Assembly (NCBI GenBank): GCA_028692545.1
Contig: JAQUXC010000001.1
Coordinates: 92,658 to 156,657, forward strand
Length of the DNA stretch: 64,000 bases
Direction of reading: 5' to 3'
From: Patescibacteria group bacterium
GTDB taxonomy: Bacteria > Patescibacteriota > Patescibacteriia > UBA1558 > S5-K13
The notes beneath the pieces are model-generated. The model did no database searches. It worked only from the letters and a program-made list of their open reading frames with translations, and was not told where the DNA came from. How positions within the stretch are numbered: position 1 is the first letter of the stretch; the number at the start of each line of letters is the position of its first letter. This document shows, one piece after another, positions 59,769-64,000 of this stretch. A program made the translations under genes and the position numbers.

Positions 59769-61049
59769 ATGTTAGAAAAGATAAAACAAATCTATAAGAT
59801 TAAAGATCTAAGAAATGCAATTGGATTTGTTTTTGTCATGCTTATAATAACTAGAATAGTTGCACATATTCCTATTCCTGGAGTAAACATTGCAGAATTA
59901 AAAAACTTTTTTGAATCAAATCAAATTTTAGGATTATTGAATATTTTTTCTGGAAATGGATTAAAAAATTTTTCTGTAGTAATGCTTGGAATCGGTCCTT
60001 ATATTACAGCTTCTATTATTGTTCAGCTTTTAACCATGATAATTCCTTCACTTGAGGCAATATCAAAAGAAGGTGAGTCAGGACAGAAAAAAATAAATCA
60101 ATATACAAAATATTTAACAGTACCACTTACAATGATGCAGAGCTATGGTTTTATTAAATTGTTTCAAAATCAATCTCAATATTCTATAATAGGGCATCTT
60201 AGTGTAGCTCAATATATAGTAGCGCTTGTTACAATAGCAGCGGGTACTATGTTTTTGGTTTGGATAGGTGATCTTATTACAGAGAAAAAAATTGGAAATG
60301 GAATTTCACTTTTGATATTTGCTGGTATAGTTGCAGGTTGGATTTCTTCTATTCAAGGAATGATAGCTGTTTATGATCCATCAAAATTATTTGGTATACT
60401 AGCTTTTCTATTTGTAGCACTTGCTACGGTAGTTGTAGTAGTTATTATAAATGAAGGACAGAGGAATGTGCCTGTTTCTTATGCAAGACGAGTTAGAGGA
60501 AATAAAATGTATGGTGGTGTAAATACTCATTTACCACTCAAAGTAAATCAAGCAGGAGTTATTCCTATAATTTTTGCTATATCTCTTATTCTTATTCCAC
60601 CTATGATTGCAAAGTTTTTTGCTTCAGCCGGAAATCATATAGTATCTGGCTTTGCAAACTTTATAATTAATTTATTTCAAAATCAGGTTTTTTATGGAGT
60701 AAGTTATTTTTTGCTTGTTGTTGGTTTTACATATTTTTATACTGCTATTATATTTCATCCAGATCAAATATCAGAAAATTTACAAAAACAAGGTGGATTT
60801 ATTCCAGGAATAAGACCTGGTAAGCATACAGCAGAGTATTTACAAAACATTGTTACTCGTATTAATTTAGCAGGTTCTTTATTTTTGGGAGCTGTTGCAG
60901 TGTTACCTGTAGTGTTACAGAGTCTTACAAAAGGATTAGGTTCTATGGTTATAGGTGGTACTAGTATACTTATAGTAGTATCAGTTGTTATAGAAACAGT
61001 AAAACAAATAAATGCTCAACTTACAATGAGAAATTACGAGGAACTTTAA
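59769..61049 (+). CDS. secY: preprotein translocase subunit SecY
   Basis: It has 10 TM helices, SecY conserved segments and fits the gene order. Confidence 0.9.
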   Translation: MLEKIKQIYKIKDLRNAIGFVFVMLIITRIVAHIPIPGVNIAELKNFFESNQILGLLNIFSGNGLKNFSVVMLGIGPYITASIIVQLLTMIIPSLEAISKEGESGQKKINQYTKYLTVPLTMMQSYGFIKLFQNQSQYSIIGHLSVAQYIVALVTIAAGTMFLVWIGDLITEKKIGNGISLLIFAGIVAGWISSIQGMIAVYDPSKLFGILAFLFVALATVVVVVIINEGQRNVPVSYARRVRGNKMYGGVNTHLPLKVNQAGVIPIIFAISLILIPPMIAKFFASAGNHIVSGFANFIINLFQNQVFYGVSYFLLVVGFTYFYTAIIFHPDQISENLQKQGGFIPGIRPGKHTAEYLQNIVTRINLAGSLFLGAVAVLPVVLQSLTKGLGSMVIGGTSILIVVSVVIETVKQINAQLTMRNYEEL

Positions 61050-61223
61050 TAATTGCATAATTGAATAATAGTTCAATAGTTTAGTTGAATTCGGATTTTT
61101 ATCCGATTTTTTGTTTATTTATACTATTTGACATTATTGATTATTTGTGATATAATGATATATTGAAAAATTAATAAAAAAATTGTCATTCGTAGCCTTG
61201 GCGAAGAATGACAAGGAGGAAAA

Positions 61224-61538
61224 ATGTTTCAAGGCATGGTTATGGGCATTATATTCGGTATTATTACCGTATTAGTAGCTCTGGTATTTGGGATTTTTAT
61301 CCCAAGTCCGTACAATCAATATGTTGCCGTTTTTGTGACAACATTGTTTATGTCAGGGCAAGTTGAAAAATTTTTCTGGAAAGTGTTTTTGTCAATTGGG
61401 ATGGGATTCGTTTTTTGGCTAGTTCTATTAGCCGATCCCAAGCCAGCAATGACACCAGCTGTGACGTTTTTTTCACATGCCGGAGTAGCACTTGTTGGAC
61501 TCATAATTTTCCATGAATTCAGAAAAGAAAAAGATTAG
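61224..61538 (+). CDS. small hypothetical membrane protein (3 TM), compositionally GC-richer, inserted between secY and adk
   Basis: It has a strong RBS AAGGAGG at 61213-61219. An 8-bp hairpin lies upstream (61185-61212) and a hairpin gtcccatc/gatgggac downstream. Confidence 0.5.
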   Translation: MFQGMVMGIIFGIITVLVALVFGIFIPSPYNQYVAVFVTTLFMSGQVEKFFWKVFLSIGMGFVFWLVLLADPKPAMTPAVTFFSHAGVALVGLIIFHEFRKEKD

Positions 61539-61664
61539 TCCCATCTTTAGGATGGGACAAAATATATCAGGGCAGGTCGGAGGATCTGCTCTTTTATTAT
61601 TGTTTTTGGTATGAAAATAGAGTAATATAATTATACATATTATTAATTATAGGGAAATAAAAAT

Positions 61665-62291
61665 ATGAACATAGTATTTTTGGGAATGCCTGGAAGTGGA
61701 AAGGGGACTCAGGCTGAAATATTATCAAAAAAGCTAAATATTCCAATGTGTTCTACTGGAAATTGTTTTCGTAAAAATATAAAAGATGGTACAGAACTTG
61801 GTAAAAAAGTAGAAGTTATTATTTCACGTGGAGAGCTTGTTCCAGATAAAATTACATTTCAGATGTTAAAAGATGAAATACAAAATACTGATTTTTCAAA
61901 TGGGATTATTTTGGATGGTTATCCAAGAGATTTAGAACAAGCTGAAAAATTGGATGAAATTTTAAAAGTTGATATAGCTTTTAACATAGAAATGTCACAA
62001 GAACAAGTACTTCTTAGAATAGGTGGAAGGAGAACATGTAAATGTGGAGCTACTTATCATATAGAATTTAATCCCCCAAAAAAAGATGGAATTTGTGATG
62101 TATGTGGAGAAGAATTATTTGTAAGAGATGATGCAAGGCCAGAAATTATAAAAGAAAGAATAAAAGTTTACAAAGAACAAACAGAACCTCTTATAGAATA
62201 TTACAATAATAAAGGAGTTTTAATAAATATAAATGGAGATCCTATAATATCAGAAGTGACAAAAGAAATATTTGAAAAATTAAAACTATAA
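61665..62291 (+). CDS. adk: adenylate kinase with Cys4 zinc lid
   Basis: It has the P-loop GMPGSGKGTQ and the lid CKCGATYH...CDVCGEE. Confidence 0.9.
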   Translation: MNIVFLGMPGSGKGTQAEILSKKLNIPMCSTGNCFRKNIKDGTELGKKVEVIISRGELVPDKITFQMLKDEIQNTDFSNGIILDGYPRDLEQAEKLDEILKVDIAFNIEMSQEQVLLRIGGRRTCKCGATYHIEFNPPKKDGICDVCGEELFVRDDARPEIIKERIKVYKEQTEPLIEYYNNKGVLININGDPIISEVTKEIFEKLKL

Positions 62292-62292
62292 A

Positions 62293-63063
62293 ATGATTAC
62301 AGTAAAGACAAAAGAAGAAATAGAAATTTTATCCGAAGGAGGACAAATATTAGCCACTGTTTTAAAAGAAGTGGGTGAATATGTAAAGGTTGGGGTAAGT
62401 ACAAAAGAGCTTGATGATCTTGCAGAAAGATTGATATTAAAATATGGTGGACTTCCATCATTTAAAGGTTATGGAGCCGAAAATCCATATCCAGCTACAC
62501 TTTGTACATCTATAAATGATGAAGTAGTGCATTGTATTCCAAATGAAAATAGGATACTCCAAGATGGGGATATTATAGGACTTGATATTGGTATGAGATG
62601 GCCAAAAGATAATGGTTTTTTTACAGATCATGCTATAACATTTCCAGTAGGGAATGTAGATTCAAAAATTATAGATCTATTAGATGTAACAAAGGGAGCA
62701 TTAAATAAAGCAATAAGTATTGTAAGGCCTGGAATGTATATTGGCGATATTGGTGAGACAATTGAAAATTATGTAAAATCAAAAGGAAATTATGGAATAG
62801 TAAAAGACTTGGTAGGTCATGGAGTGGGATATGAGGTACATGAAGATCCAAAAATTCCAAATTATAAAACAAAAAGTAAAGGAGAGATATTAAAGTCAGG
62901 AATGGTTCTTGCAATCGAACCAATGATAAATATCGGAAGTTCAGATATAAATTTTTCAAGGGATAGTTGGGATATAAAAACAAGAGATGGCTCTATATCA
63001 GCACATTTTGAACATACTATTTGTGTGACAGATTATGGATGTAAAATTTTAACAACTATTTAA
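62293..63063 (+). CDS. map: methionine aminopeptidase type I
   Basis: It has the pita-bread fold and metal ligands (D, D, H, E, E) in conserved spacing. Confidence 0.85.
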   Translation: MITVKTKEEIEILSEGGQILATVLKEVGEYVKVGVSTKELDDLAERLILKYGGLPSFKGYGAENPYPATLCTSINDEVVHCIPNENRILQDGDIIGLDIGMRWPKDNGFFTDHAITFPVGNVDSKIIDLLDVTKGALNKAISIVRPGMYIGDIGETIENYVKSKGNYGIVKDLVGHGVGYEVHEDPKIPNYKTKSKGEILKSGMVLAIEPMINIGSSDINFSRDSWDIKTRDGSISAHFEHTICVTDYGCKILTTI

Positions 63064-63071
63064 TTATTTTT

Positions 63072-63509
63072 ATGACAAGATTTTTGGGAATAGATTATGG
63101 AAGTTCAAAAATAGGTCTTGCATTAGGTGATAATGAGCTCAAGATGGCTTTTCCTTTTAAAATTTTAAGTGAGGAATTTTTTTGGACAGATATAAAAAGT
63201 ATTATAAGTAGAGAAAATATAGATGAAATAGTTTTAGGTCTTCCAAAAAATCTTGAAAATAATGATACAAATCAAACAAATTTTGTATTGGAATTTTTAA
63301 AAAAACTAAGATCAGAAATAAATCTACCGATACATTTAGAGGATGAAAGAATGACTTCACTTATGAGTCAAGGAATGCAAGGTAAATATGTAAGGTCTGA
63401 TTCTAGAAAAAGTAGTAGAAAAAACAAAATCAAAATAAAATCAGATGACGATGCGTCTGCCGCAGCTATAATATTAGAATCTTATATAAAAAGAAATTAT
63501 GATTTATAA
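63072..63509 (+). CDS. ruvX: YqgF/RuvX-like Holliday junction resolvase / pre-16S rRNA nuclease
   Basis: The N-terminus FLGIDYGSSKIGLALGD carries the RNase H-like catalytic Asp. Confidence 0.75.
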   Translation: MTRFLGIDYGSSKIGLALGDNELKMAFPFKILSEEFFWTDIKSIISRENIDEIVLGLPKNLENNDTNQTNFVLEFLKKLRSEINLPIHLEDERMTSLMSQGMQGKYVRSDSRKSSRKNKIKIKSDDDASAAAIILESYIKRNYDL

Positions 63510-64000
63510 AATAATTTTATATTTTTCTATATTTTTAATATCAACTTTTTTAAGTTATATTTTTGCATTATGGATGAAAAAAATATCTTTCAAATTAAAT
63601 ATTTTAGATTATCCAAATGAAAATAGAAAAGTGCATGATAGACCAATTCCGCTTTTGGGTGGATGGGCAATTTATATTGTTTTTGTTTTGATGATGATAA
63701 TTTTTTGCCTGTTTTTTAAAAGTTGGATTTTTAGTCCAAGTATAGATATTCTTCAAATTGTGGGAATACTATTCGCTGGATTTATAGTAATGCTTGGGGG
63801 AACATTGGATGATAAGTATAATTTTTCTGCAAAAAAACAATTGATTTTTATCCTTTTGGCATGTGTCTTTATAATATTCACAGGGACAAATATAAAATTT
63901 ATAACTCGTCCGGGTGGAGGAGTAATAGACTTAACTGGCCCAGAAATGAAATTTTTTGGATTTAATATATCTTTGTTTGGTGCAATATTTACATTTTTAT
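63499..64000 (+). CDS. glycosyltransferase family 4 (MraY/WecA-like polyprenyl-phosphate sugar-1-phosphate transferase), 3' end beyond window
   Basis: Manual translation from ATG 63499 gives MIYKIILYFS...HDRPIPLLGG, followed by multiple TM helices. The frame is open to the window end. Confidence 0.55.
   Translation, partial: MIYKIILYFSIFLISTFLSYIFALWMKKISFKLNILDYPNENRKVHDRPIPLLGGWAIYIVFVLMMIIFCLFFKSWIFSPSIDILQIVGILFAGFIVMLGGTLDDKYNFSAKKQLIFILLACVFIIFTGTNIKFITRPGGGVIDLTGPEMKFFGFNISLFGAIFTFL

Overview
This window is AT-rich (about 28-30% GC by eye) and looks like a Candidate Phyla Radiation (Patescibacteria-like) genome. The evidence is a ribosomal protein cluster with no L30 between S5 and L15, several extended r-proteins, and standard stop codons. 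The gene order runs as follows.

- 1-9.2 kb: a type IV pilus operon (pilM, pilN/O-like, pilB, a CheY-like receiver, a degenerate PilT-like ATPase, pilC) followed by two tandem pilin genes with near-identical N-terminal coding sequence.
- 9.3-19.8 kb: tRNA-Arg on the minus strand, then tRNA-Ser, then a roughly 9.5 kb integrated element. The element carries a large serine recombinase and is organised by perfect 81-bp and 102-bp inverted repeats whose internal copy is the reverse complement of the joined element ends. Its cargo includes an XRE regulator, a family of zinc-ribbon membrane proteins, a DsbA-like fusion, a transglutaminase-like protein and an 800-aa RloC-like ABC ATPase with a zinc hook (candidate anticodon-nuclease defence gene).
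- 19.8-23.9 kb: a GC-richer block (Rnk-like, membrane proteins, Ca/cation antiporter) with a leader attenuator.
- 24-39.9 kb: housekeeping genes (rel, topA, folC, dprA, pth, der, an LCP-family protein, an M23 peptidase, rpmB, an M50 protease).
- 40-44.7 kb: a complete diversity-generating retroelement. It has a secreted target protein with a C-terminal variable repeat (VR), an Avd-like gene, a template repeat (TR) with strictly adenine-specific differences from the VR, and a reverse transcriptase with the DGR-type SQ motif on the opposite strand.
- 44.8-64 kb: the str/S10/spc ribosomal gene cluster through secY, adk, map, ruvX and the start of a glycosyltransferase family 4 gene.

Additional observations are an orphan Phd/YefM-like ORF between fusA and tuf, a compositionally odd small membrane gene between secY and adk, two families of short intergenic repeat elements, a promoter-terminator bounded candidate sRNA or leader, and several intrinsic terminators. 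All calls come from reading the sequence and the ORF translations. No database searches were run.
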